Assembly: GCA_944381345.1 (NCBI GenBank) | Contig: CALWKU010000080.1 | Location: 2,891 to 66,890, forward strand | DNA: 64,000 bases | Reading direction: 5' to 3' | From: an uncultured Christensenellaceae bacterium | GTDB lineage: Bacteria; Bacillota; Clostridia; Christensenellales; UBA3700 | In this document: positions 48,813 to 56,705 of the stretch, in pieces | Layout of the letters: each line of letters opens with the position of its first letter | Position numbering within the stretch: position 1 is the stretch's first letter | The notes under the pieces: model-generated | The model's database searches: none | What the model was told of the DNA's origin: nothing | What the model saw: the letters and a program-made list of their open reading frames with translations, nothing else | Position numbers and translations under genes: made by a program

Positions 48813-49127
48813 TTATGCCTCGTTATCATCGACGGCTTGAATCAAAAAACTGACGGGGCGAAAGCCGTCGTTGCAAGATAGCATCGCCGAATGCGAATCC
48901 TTCATCCAATCACCGTAAAACCTGCCTCCGCCGCGCAAAAGTTCATCGACAAAAGGGAAGAGCGTCTCCCACGCGTTTTTACAAAAACCGCGCGGACGGT
49001 TGCCGTCGCTCCAAAAGATTTGACCGACGCGCATATCGCAGGCGTTAGAAATAGGGTTTTCGTATTTTGCGATCAAATCGTCATAGCGCGCGACGCGCAT
49101 GACCGTGATCTTGCACTTCCTCGTCAC
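48813..49127 (-). CDS. Small 4-Cys protein resembling the TIGR04076 family, co-transcribed with lexA
   Basis: It is 104 aa with the pattern KITV..., CD..VGQ.F, P.GFC..AW, and SC.DGFRPV.F. Its ATG overlaps the lexA stop by 4 nt. Confidence 0.6.
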   Translation of the reverse strand: MTRKCKITVMRVARYDDLIAKYENPISNACDMRVGQIFWSDGNRPRGFCKNAWETLFPFVDELLRGGGRFYGDWMKDSHSAMLSCNDGFRPVSFLIQAVDDNEA

Positions 49128-49759
49128 GCCTTGTGCGCGAACGAATTGCGCATCAATCCGACGGCAATGCCGAGGATGCGGAAGTCCGTCCCTTCGGGTA
49201 CGACGATGTCATCCATTTGAGAATTTTCAGGATGAAGGACTATGTCGCCGTCCTTGCGGAAAAAGCGTTTGAGCGTCACCTCGCCGCCGTCTATCTGTGC
49301 GGCGACGATGTCGCCCTCATTTGCCGTCGGCGTAGATCTGATCAGTACTACGTCGCCGTTCATAATGCCTATCTCGCGCATACTTTCACCCTTTACGGTC
49401 AAGCAAAAATTGTCGCCGACGAGATGAAAGAAATCGGCGGGAAAGTGCATCTTGACGTCGTTCTCGACTGCGGCAAGCAACGGTTGACCTGCGGCGATGT
49501 TGCCGAGCATGGGGACGGTCGCAAAGTCTTTGAATTCTTCGTCGTCGACGAGTTCGATCGTCCTGTTTTTGGCGGTCTCGCGTTTGATCAGCCCCGCGTT
49601 GACGAGTTTTTCGAGATAGTATTGCACGGAAGCGGTTGACTTGAAGCCGCCTTCGCGGCAGATATCGCGCACGCTGGGCGAATAGTTGTGTTCGGACACA
49701 AACTTGCGGATGCAAGCCATCGTCTTGTCCAAATTTTCCTGCATTTTTGTCGACGCCAT
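49124..49759 (-). CDS. lexA: SOS repressor LexA
   Basis: It has a winged-helix N-domain, the Ala-Gly cleavage site (NIAAGQP), and the S24 catalytic Ser (GESM) and Lys (TLKRF). Confidence 0.96.
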   Translation of the reverse strand: MASTKMQENLDKTMACIRKFVSEHNYSPSVRDICREGGFKSTASVQYYLEKLVNAGLIKRETAKNRTIELVDDEEFKDFATVPMLGNIAAGQPLLAAVENDVKMHFPADFFHLVGDNFCLTVKGESMREIGIMNGDVVLIRSTPTANEGDIVAAQIDGGEVTLKRFFRKDGDIVLHPENSQMDDIVVPEGTDFRILGIAVGLMRNSFAHKA

Positions 49760-49785
49760 TTGAGTTCTCTCCTATATACACCTAT

Positions 49786-49814
49786 ATTTTAGCACATATG
49801 TTCACATTTTGCAA
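49786..49814 (-). promoter_or_regulatory. lexA promoter with an embedded SOS (Cheo-type) box
   Basis: On the minus strand: TTGCAA (49809-49814), a 17-nt spacer, then TAAAAT (49786-49791). The spacer contains GAACATATGTGC (49792-49803), which is one mismatch from GAAC-N4-GTTC. Confidence 0.75.
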
Positions 49815-49830
49815 CGGCTTTACCGAAATA

Positions 49831-50014
49831 TTTGCAAAAATGTATTGACAGACTAATATGATTGCAAAATTACGTGCGCGTTTTGGTCAAACAAAACTAT
49901 AAAATGCTCAAAATTTTGTAAAGATGTCTTGACAGGATATTTTCAAAATTCCGAACAACAACCAAACGCGCATTTGATAAAAAGTACAAAGATTTTTGCA
50001 AAGACGTCTTGACT
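49831..50014. repeat. Three degenerate ~82-bp tandem repeats with the core TTTGyAAArAyGTmTTGAC
   Basis: The cores are at 49831-49850, 49914-49934 and 49993-50014. They lie in the AT-rich spacer between the recombinase 3' end and the lexA promoter. Confidence 0.7.
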
Positions 50015-50068
50015 ACGTTGCTTTGCGGTAATACCGTCTAAACCTCCGCTCGAACGATAGGGGCGAGA

Positions 50069-51121
50069 TCAATTTCTCGGTTCACGCAAGATGACTTTAC
50101 GTGCGGCGTCGCGCTTGATATCGTCGCTGATAGCGGCGTAATGGCGTTTTGTCGTGTTGATGTCCTTATGTCCGAGTACTTCGGCCACGACATAGATGTC
50201 GCCCGTTTCGCGGTACAGTTCGGTGCCGTATGTGCTGCGCAGCTTGTGAGGCGTGATCTTTTTGAGCGGGGTTACGATCTGTGCGTATTTTTTTACCAAA
50301 AGTTCGACGCTGCGCACCGACATACGCTTTTTTTGCAAAGATACGAACAGCGCCGGCACTTCATCGAGCGCTTCGTCCTTTGCGCGTTCGTCAAGCCATG
50401 CGAGCAGAGCGTCCGCGACTTCGTCCGAAAAGTACAAGATCGTCTGAGAACCGCCTTTTCGCGTGATCTTGAATCCGTTTACGTTAAAATCGAGGTCGTC
50501 GACGTCAAGACCGACAAGCTCGCTGATACGAATCCCCGTACCGAGAAAGAGCGTCATGATCGCAAGATCGCGCAAACGGGTCTTTTCGTGAAAAGCTGCT
50601 TGTCGCTCGCCCAAGCCTTCGCCGCTGTCTACGCTGTCAAGCAATCGCGTAACTTCATCTACTTCAAGCCTTATGATCGGTTTCTCGTGTAATTTCGGCG
50701 TCAAGACTTTGGATGCCGGATCGGAGTCTATCGAATCCTTGTTGTAAAAATACTTGAAAAAAGATTTGATAGTGGACAATTTGCGTGCCTTAGTTTTGAC
50801 GCTGTTTGAATATTTTACGCCGTCGAACTCGTAATAGTTGAGAAATTCGAGAAAAGATTCTATCTGCGATGTAGAGACTTCGTCAAGCTGTTTAATGCCG
50901 AAATTCGACGCGTCAAAGCTTTGAAATTCGCGTGTTTCCGTAAAAAGATAATAAAAAAATATTCTGAGATCGTATGCGTATTCCAATCTCGTAAGAGGCG
51001 TCGTGCGGTTTTCGATCCCGATGAAAAATTCATCGCAAAACTTAGGCAGATCGCGCCTGATCTCACGCAATTTGAGCGTATTGTCAATGTTTCGTTGCTC
51101 AAAATAATCGGTCTTTTTCAT
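50069..51121 (-). CDS. Tyrosine recombinase (XerC/D-like, 350 aa with extended N-terminal SAM-like domain)
   Basis: The catalytic signature is present: RDLAIMTLFLGTGIRISE (Arg), HKLRST (His-x-x-Arg) and LGHKDINTTKRHY (His...Tyr). Confidence 0.9.
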   Translation of the reverse strand: MKKTDYFEQRNIDNTLKLREIRRDLPKFCDEFFIGIENRTTPLTRLEYAYDLRIFFYYLFTETREFQSFDASNFGIKQLDEVSTSQIESFLEFLNYYEFDGVKYSNSVKTKARKLSTIKSFFKYFYNKDSIDSDPASKVLTPKLHEKPIIRLEVDEVTRLLDSVDSGEGLGERQAAFHEKTRLRDLAIMTLFLGTGIRISELVGLDVDDLDFNVNGFKITRKGGSQTILYFSDEVADALLAWLDERAKDEALDEVPALFVSLQKKRMSVRSVELLVKKYAQIVTPLKKITPHKLRSTYGTELYRETGDIYVVAEVLGHKDINTTKRHYAAISDDIKRDAARKVILREPRN

Positions 51122-51127
51122 ATCTTA

Positions 51128-51156
51128 ATCATAACACGCAACGCATAATTTGACAA
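51128..51156 (-). promoter_or_regulatory. Sigma-A-type promoter abutting the recombinase start codon
   Basis: On the minus strand: TTGTCA (51151-51156), a 17-nt spacer, then TATGAT (51128-51133), then TAAGAT and ATG (51121). There is no SD. Confidence 0.5.
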
Positions 51157-51212
51157 GCAAATTCGTATTTTGCGAAAAGATTGACAAAACTAAAACTTAC
51201 CACACAATAAGC

Positions 51213-51692
51213 AAACAAACATTCGCAAATTTCGGCGTAATTACGAGACGACGCATAGGGAATGAACAAATATTCGTTGAATTACAAACACAAAATCTCG
51301 CTTTAGGTGTAAATTAAACGGTTGCGGAACATATATTCGCACGACAACTAACACAAGATCCCGCAATCAGACCGACGCATTGTACAAATATTCTGCGAAT
51401 AACAAACACGAAATCTCGATCCGTGCAAAAGCAGGACGACGTTGAACAAACATTCGCTCGATAAAAAACACAAGCGGAGTGCAGACGAATTACGAAAGAG
51501 AAACGAGTCGAAATATACCGCCATGAGAATCGCGGTCGCGTACAATAGAATTACGCAACGCGTAACAAATGATCGTCATCGTTGAAATTTGTCGACGACA
51601 GACATGATCGGATATTCATTGATAAATAACCGGCGCAAAATATTGCACGCAAACGTAAAGACGGCACGCAAAACAATGCGAACATATATTTG
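51213..51692 (+). repeat. Array of SOS-box-like 13-mers (GAACAnAnATTCG) within degenerate 53-63-bp repeats
   Basis: The boxes are at 51213-25 (AAACAAACATTCG), 51264-76 (GAACAAATATTCG), 51327-39 (GAACATATATTCG), 51382-94 (GTACAAATATTCT), 51444-56 (GAACAAACATTCG) and 51680-92 (GAACATATATTTG). The units pair into two ~118-bp higher-order repeats. Confidence 0.75.
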
Positions 51693-52538
51693 TGCGGGGA
51701 AAGGCGCGCCATATACAGACAGCTAGCAAAACGAAGCGCATGACAAAGCGAATAAAACTCGTATCGGATATCCCTGAACACAGATCGCAGACGTATATTA
51801 ATAAGCAGCGACATTGCAAAAATAATACGTAAGTCCGAAACGACGTAAAACCGCCAAAAAATAAGCGAATAAAATCAGAACCATTTAGGCTGAGAATCGT
51901 CAGATTATTTTGAAAATCACTCTTATTTGAAATAATATTGCGCTAATTTTTCGCAAAGGTATTGTTTTGCGAATAGATTAAAAGACTAAAATTTATGTTT
52001 CCCGACTGCGATCAGATCCGTTTTGATGCGTTGAAGCAATGCAGTTCGGCTCAATTATATCCTAATCAAAATACGGAGCTCGCTGCAACGCAATATATAA
52101 GCGCACCCGGGGGTAGATTGCTCTGTCGTTAATTTGTGAACACTTGTTTTGCTGCGCTCCCCCGCTGTTTTTCTCACTAGACATACTATTTGAATGTGAA
52201 TTTTCATTATTTTAACAATTTAACCGTATAGAGTCGTATATTAAGCAATTTGGGTTGAACAAATACTGCACCGTAAGCGTTGCACATAACTAAGCCCATG
52301 TAGACAATACGACGTTGAGGCGGTCTATTCCTAATATTCGGAGCTGATCGGCTACCGGCGGCATGATAAATTCATTGTATGCCGATACGATTTCCGATCG
52401 GCAGTATGTAGTTCTTATCATTTGAACGTTATTACACGTCTGTCCTCTAATTTTTGTAAATTATAATAAAAACTTGTCTAAATGAGAAATATTTTGTCCT
52501 GCATTTCAAATTATTGTTACAAATATCTTCGCTATTAT

Positions 52539-52567
52539 TTGACTGTTCTATCAAAGTGTTGTATCAT
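52539..52567 (+). promoter_or_regulatory. Sigma-A promoter of the PadR-like gene
   Basis: TTGACT, a 17-nt spacer, then TATCAT. An AAGGAG SD is at 52573-78, before ATG 52585. Confidence 0.6.
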
Positions 52568-52584
52568 AGATACAAGGAGAAGAT

Positions 52585-53925
52585 ATGGACGCATCCAACG
52601 TAAACATAGATCTCATACGTTCCCATGTGGACACCATTATCCTCAGATCGCTCTGCGACGAGGACAAGTATGGCTATGAGATCCTCAATGAGATTAAGGA
52701 CAAGAGCAAAGGACTGTATATGCTCAAACAGCCCACTCTTTACAGCTGTCTCAAACGTTTGGAAAAGCTCGGTTACATTCGTTCGTACAAGGGCGACGTG
52801 TCCAACGGAGCGCAACGTGTTTACTACTCTTTGCAACCCGAAGGGCGGACGTTTCTCGAAAGCGACCAGGTCCAATGGGAATTCAGCCGTACGATCATCG
52901 ACAAGTTGCTTTCGGATAAAGAGTTTGATCCCGCAAGCATCCCTCCGTTTGATCCTACCGCCTATCGACCGATGACCAAGCGTCAGCGCAATCCCCACTC
53001 CTATGCCGAATATCTCGCTTCGCTTGCCGAACCCGACGATTCCGCTCCCGCCGACGACGCGCAACCCGAATCTAACACCGAAGAGGGCGCTCCGATCGTT
53101 TACGATCGTCCCTCTCCCGCCGCCGTTGCGCCCGAGCAACGTCAAGGTAAAGACGACGGTGCGTCGAGTTACGAACGTATAGCCGAGATCTTCAAGACGC
53201 CCAAAAAAGAAGTCGAAGAAGATCCCCGCCCCGAGCCGTCTCCCGCTCCGATATTCGATATGCGCGACGAGGAGCCGGGCGTCAACTATATCACGAGTTT
53301 TGACAGCATTTACAGTTCGCCTCAAAACGATGTGCGCGAGTATGCCGGGTCCGCCGACCGCAGCTTCGACGGCGGCGCCGATCAGTACGGCTTTGTTTCT
53401 CTCAACGAACTGCGCGCGCGTTATGCTGCGGACGGATACACGATAAGACAATATGTAAAGAAAAATACGAGCGAGTTTTACATCAACAATTACTATTACG
53501 TCAACAGGCTGCTGCGCGACTGCTCTTTCTTTGCGTACGCGCTGTATGCCATTGAGGTCTTGATCGCCTATTTTGCGACATTCCGCATGACAGAGCCATC
53601 CGCTTCGATCGGTTATCTGTTTTTATTTCTCGGGATCGGGCTTTTGTTCCCCGTCTTTGCCGTGGTCAATTGCTTTGTAGACCCGGTCAAGCGTGTAAAA
53701 GCCAATTTCAGCTTGCGTTCCTCGCTGATCAATTCGCTGATATTCATGTTGAACGCATTGATATTGATCGTTTGTTTGGGATTCTTCGTGTTCGGGGCGA
53801 AGATCGATGCGCCCTCAACGTCCGTCAAACCGATCATCATCCCGGCGTTGTTCCTTCTCGACATCCCCGCCGCACTGTTGATCTACAATTTACTGTACAA
53901 GACGCGACGCTACCATGTGAGCTGA
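52585..53925 (+). CDS. PadR-family transcriptional regulator fused to a disordered linker and a 4-TM C-terminal domain
   Basis: The N-terminal winged helix (IILRSLCDEDKYGYEILNEI...KQPTLYSCLKRLEKLGYI..Y) is followed by ~170 aa rich in Pro, Glu and Asp. Four hydrophobic helices occupy the last ~140 aa. Confidence 0.8.
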   Translation: MDASNVNIDLIRSHVDTIILRSLCDEDKYGYEILNEIKDKSKGLYMLKQPTLYSCLKRLEKLGYIRSYKGDVSNGAQRVYYSLQPEGRTFLESDQVQWEFSRTIIDKLLSDKEFDPASIPPFDPTAYRPMTKRQRNPHSYAEYLASLAEPDDSAPADDAQPESNTEEGAPIVYDRPSPAAVAPEQRQGKDDGASSYERIAEIFKTPKKEVEEDPRPEPSPAPIFDMRDEEPGVNYITSFDSIYSSPQNDVREYAGSADRSFDGGADQYGFVSLNELRARYAADGYTIRQYVKKNTSEFYINNYYYVNRLLRDCSFFAYALYAIEVLIAYFATFRMTEPSASIGYLFLFLGIGLLFPVFAVVNCFVDPVKRVKANFSLRSSLINSLIFMLNALILIVCLGFFVFGAKIDAPSTSVKPIIIPALFLLDIPAALLIYNLLYKTRRYHVS

Positions 53926-54948
53926 TCACGAGCCGCTTTCGGGCGGCTTTATGTTTGCTCCGTCTGTGTTTGCGAGCGATCTTCCGTTTGCGCATACGGT
54001 GGCGATATGCGTCTCTATGCGGTCATCCCGCACCATGCCTTTTTTGACGGGCTTGCGCTTTCTCGGCATTTTGGATAAAACTTTTGACAGTATGGCGTTT
54101 ACCCGATCCGCGATCTTGTCTCCGTATTTATACAGCACAGCAAACAGCGCAGCCGTAACTAATGCGATCGCTATCCAAAGCGCGATTCCCGCCGCATTTG
54201 CGGGAATAGAAACTGCCCCCTTGTACACCGCCGCCGTCCAGAGAACACCAATCGGACGAGTTATTATCATCATAATCAAAAACGAGCGATAGGACATCGA
54301 GCCGAGCCCGGCTATCACGCAAAGCAGATCGTCCGGAAAAACGGGAAGCAAGAACATTGCGTACAAAAGCACCGCCTCTCTTCCTTTGAGAAGGCGACGG
54401 TATTTGCTCACCGCTTTTGCGCCGCAGAGCCATGACGCAAGTTTGACTCCGAACGTGCGTCCGAGCGCAAACGCCACCATTGAGCCGGCAATTATCGCAA
54501 CAGAAGAATATAGGACCGCTTCCGTGACGCCGAAGATCGTAATGCCTGCTATCGTGGTGAGCGTTGCCGGCAGAGGCAGCACGGTCACTTGCGCGAATTG
54601 AATCGTTACGAATATCAACACCGCATACGGATCGTATTGTCTTATCAACGTCAACAGCGCGTCGATATCGTCGAAGTACTCGAACCAACCGTATGTCAAG
54701 CCCGCCTTGTAAACGAGCGCCGAAAGCGCGGTAACAAGCGCTCCCAAAAACGAAATTTTTAGTAATGTCTCCGATCCGTATATTATCCCGCACACTCGTA
54801 GCGCCGCGAACACAGCGATCAAGCACGCCCCTGCCGCTACGGATAGTTCTGGCGCGCCGATGCTGGCGAGGTCGTCGACGATGAACGCGGCGACCACGCT
54901 TGCAGCCGCCGTAAGCGCTGTCGAAATCAATTCGGGTATTTTTGACAT
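53926..54948 (-). CDS. TVP38/TMEM64 (DedA-related, YdjX-like) membrane protein
   Basis: It is polytopic with the characteristic ..VLPLPATL..., GRTFG... and ...PVFPDDLLCVIAG motifs. I chose MSKIPE (54948) as the start. Its stop directly abuts the padR-like stop. Confidence 0.8.
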   Translation of the reverse strand: MSKIPELISTALTAAASVVAAFIVDDLASIGAPELSVAAGACLIAVFAALRVCGIIYGSETLLKISFLGALVTALSALVYKAGLTYGWFEYFDDIDALLTLIRQYDPYAVLIFVTIQFAQVTVLPLPATLTTIAGITIFGVTEAVLYSSVAIIAGSMVAFALGRTFGVKLASWLCGAKAVSKYRRLLKGREAVLLYAMFLLPVFPDDLLCVIAGLGSMSYRSFLIMMIITRPIGVLWTAAVYKGAVSIPANAAGIALWIAIALVTAALFAVLYKYGDKIADRVNAILSKVLSKMPRKRKPVKKGMVRDDRIETHIATVCANGRSLANTDGANIKPPESGS

Positions 54949-55028
54949 GGTATGCACTCGCAATATAGTATTTGCGCGATAAAGTCAAAATACTACGCGG
55001 CAAGAAAAAACCGCCCGAAGGCGGCATA

Positions 55029-55487
55029 TCAATCTATTTGCGGGTTTTTGGATGCGTTGGCTATCTCTCCCGTCGCCAGCTTGTCGCATCGGTTGTTGTA
55101 GATGTTGTCGGAGTGTCCTTTGACCTTGACGAAGTTCACCGAGTGCTTTCCGCACTCCAAAAGCAGCATTTTCCACAGATCGGCGTTTTTGACCTGCCCT
55201 TTGCCGCCTTTAAGTTTCCAATCCGAAGCGCTCCATTCGTCTATCCATCCCTCCAGAAAGGCATTGCAGACATAAGCGGAATCGGAATAGACAGTCACTT
55301 CGCACCGCTGATTGAGCTGTTTAAGCCCTTGGATGACGGCAAACAACTCCATACGATTGTTGGTCGTCTCGCGGTTGTAGCCGCTGAGCTCTTTTTCTAT
55401 GCCGTTATAGATGAGGATCGCCGCCCATCCGCCCGCGCCGGGATTGCCCGAACACGCGCCGTCGGTATATATGTCTACCTTTTTCAT
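55029..55487 (-). CDS. rnhA: Ribonuclease HI
   Basis: IYTDGACSGNPG.GGWAAIL, NNRMEL, SDS.Y and KGHS....N..D.LA are present. The ATG overlaps the proC stop (ATGA). Confidence 0.93.
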   Translation of the reverse strand: MKKVDIYTDGACSGNPGAGGWAAILIYNGIEKELSGYNRETTNNRMELFAVIQGLKQLNQRCEVTVYSDSAYVCNAFLEGWIDEWSASDWKLKGGKGQVKNADLWKMLLLECGKHSVNFVKVKGHSDNIYNNRCDKLATGEIANASKNPQID

Positions 55488-56278
55488 GCTTTGCCCAGCT
55501 CCTCGCTGCGCTTGCGGCAAGCGGTCATTCCGTCGATGACGATCCCGTCCATCCCGGCTTTGCGGAATGTGTCTATTGCCCGGATGGTCGTGCCGCCCTT
55601 TGAGCAAACCTTGTCGATTAACACTTCGAGATCGTCGTCCGATATCTCGGCTAATTTGCACGCGCCTGCCACGGTTGCGAGCGTCAACCGTTTTGCTACA
55701 TCGGGCGAAAGCCCGTTGGCAATGCCGCCCTCCGTCATCGCTTTTATGAAATAAAATACGTATGCCGGGCCGCTTCCGCTGACGCAAGTGACGGCGTCAA
55801 AGTCTTTTTCGGGCACATAAACGGTCTGACCGACCGATTGGAAGATTTTGCGGCAAAAGGAGTTGCTCTCTCCCGAACAGCGGTTTTCTGCTATCGCGGT
55901 CGCACCCATGCCCACTTTGGACGGTGTGTTCGGCATTACTCGTATTATATTGCCGCAAACTCCAAGTGCGTTTGCAACGGTTTCCGAGTTAAGTCCCGCC
56001 ATTATGCTGATGACTGCCGCAGACTGCACCGGTCGCAGTTCGTGAGCGATACTTTTGAATACCTGCGGTTTGACCGCAAGCACCGTATACTCGCTGTTTG
56101 CGGTCACATATGCGTTGTTCGTAGTGCAGGTTATGCCTTCGATCGGCGTAACTCCGCTCGTATTCGACATCACGATGTCCTCTGCCGTCGCCATCCCCGA
56201 GGATAAGACTCCGTGAACGATAGCTTGAGCCATATTGCCCGAACCGACAAAACCGAGCTTGAATTTGTAATTTGCCAT
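55484..56278 (-). CDS. proC: Pyrroline-5-carboxylate reductase
   Basis: The Rossmann motif LGFVGSGNMAQAI, ..RVMPNTP and SPGGTT-like SKGGTT are present. The start at 56278 has a GAGGT SD, and the upstream 34 codons of the track ORF run into the repeat. Confidence 0.93.
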   Translation of the reverse strand: MANYKFKLGFVGSGNMAQAIVHGVLSSGMATAEDIVMSNTSGVTPIEGITCTTNNAYVTANSEYTVLAVKPQVFKSIAHELRPVQSAAVISIMAGLNSETVANALGVCGNIIRVMPNTPSKVGMGATAIAENRCSGESNSFCRKIFQSVGQTVYVPEKDFDAVTCVSGSGPAYVFYFIKAMTEGGIANGLSPDVAKRLTLATVAGACKLAEISDDDLEVLIDKVCSKGGTTIRAIDTFRKAGMDGIVIDGMTACRKRSEELGKA

Positions 56279-56383
56279 AGTTACCTCGCAGACAATTTTA
56301 TCACAACGATATCTTTTTGGCAACGAAAAGCAGAGATCAACTCGCATATATCCATGAAGAGATCGTATCGGGCAGCTCAAACG

Positions 56384-56489
56384 AAAGCGCGAGCGTCACA
56401 CGCAACTTGCATTATATGCAAACTTGCATATTTAGAATCGCGTCTCCCTCTGCCATATAAGCAAAAAGAGAACGCGGTTTCGTTCTTTT
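56384..56489 (+). repeat. Unit A of the 210-bp-period tandem repeat: GC hairpin, palindrome, tRNA-Trp 3'-half copy, terminator
   Basis: It is near-identical to 56594-56700. It contains TTGCATTATATGCAA (56407-21), TTAGAATCGCGTCTCCCTCTGCC (56432-54), and the hairpin AGAGAACG/CGTTCT. Confidence 0.85.
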
Positions 56490-56593
56490 GCATCTTGCGC
56501 GATTCGTAAGGAGCGAGATATGTATATATCGAGCGACGGAATAGCGAGCGAGCAAGACTATACGGGAACGACGGTATTGGTCGTGTAAAGTAA

Positions 56594-56700
56594 AAAGCGC
56601 GAGCGTCACACGCAACTTGCATTATATGCAAACTTGCATATTTCGAATCGCGTCTCCCCCTGCCGTATAAGCAAAAAGAGAACGCGGTTTCGTTCTCTTT
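56594..56700 (+). repeat. Unit B of the tandem repeat
   Basis: It contains TTGCATTATATGCAA (56617-31) and TTCGAATCGCGTCTCCCCCTGCC (56642-64). The latter is the sense sequence of the tRNA-Trp 3' half with one extra C. A bidirectional terminator lies at 56673-56702. Confidence 0.85.
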
Positions 56701-56702
56701 TT
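56673..56702. terminator. Bidirectional rho-independent terminator that serves tRNA-Trp on the minus strand
   Basis: AAAAAGAGAACG-CGGTTT-CGTTCTCTTTTT. Confidence 0.85.
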
Positions 56703-56705
56703 GTG

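Noticed and set aside
51137-51150. The dif-like appearance of ACGCATAAT near the recombinase start, and of GACGCAT.. before several boxes.
   Set aside because: Only a 6-7-nt resemblance to the XerC-arm GCGCATAA is present. I found no 11-6-11 dyad with a TTATG-type right arm, so a dif or Xer core site cannot be supported from sequence alone.
51213-51692. A CRISPR-array reading of the ~55-63-bp periodic repeats.
   Set aside because: Only about 13 nt are conserved per unit, whereas CRISPR repeats are 28-37 nt and near-identical. The 'spacers' are themselves related to one another. There are no cas genes in the window.
56520-56588. The 22-codon ORF with a strong AAGGAG SD between the two tRNA-linked repeat units, considered as a Trp or Pro attenuation leader peptide.
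   Set aside because: The peptide (MYISSDGIASEQDYTGTTVLVV) contains no Trp or Pro codons. The ORF is on the strand opposite to proC and tRNA-Trp. I kept it only as a note inside the repeat finding, not as a called CDS.
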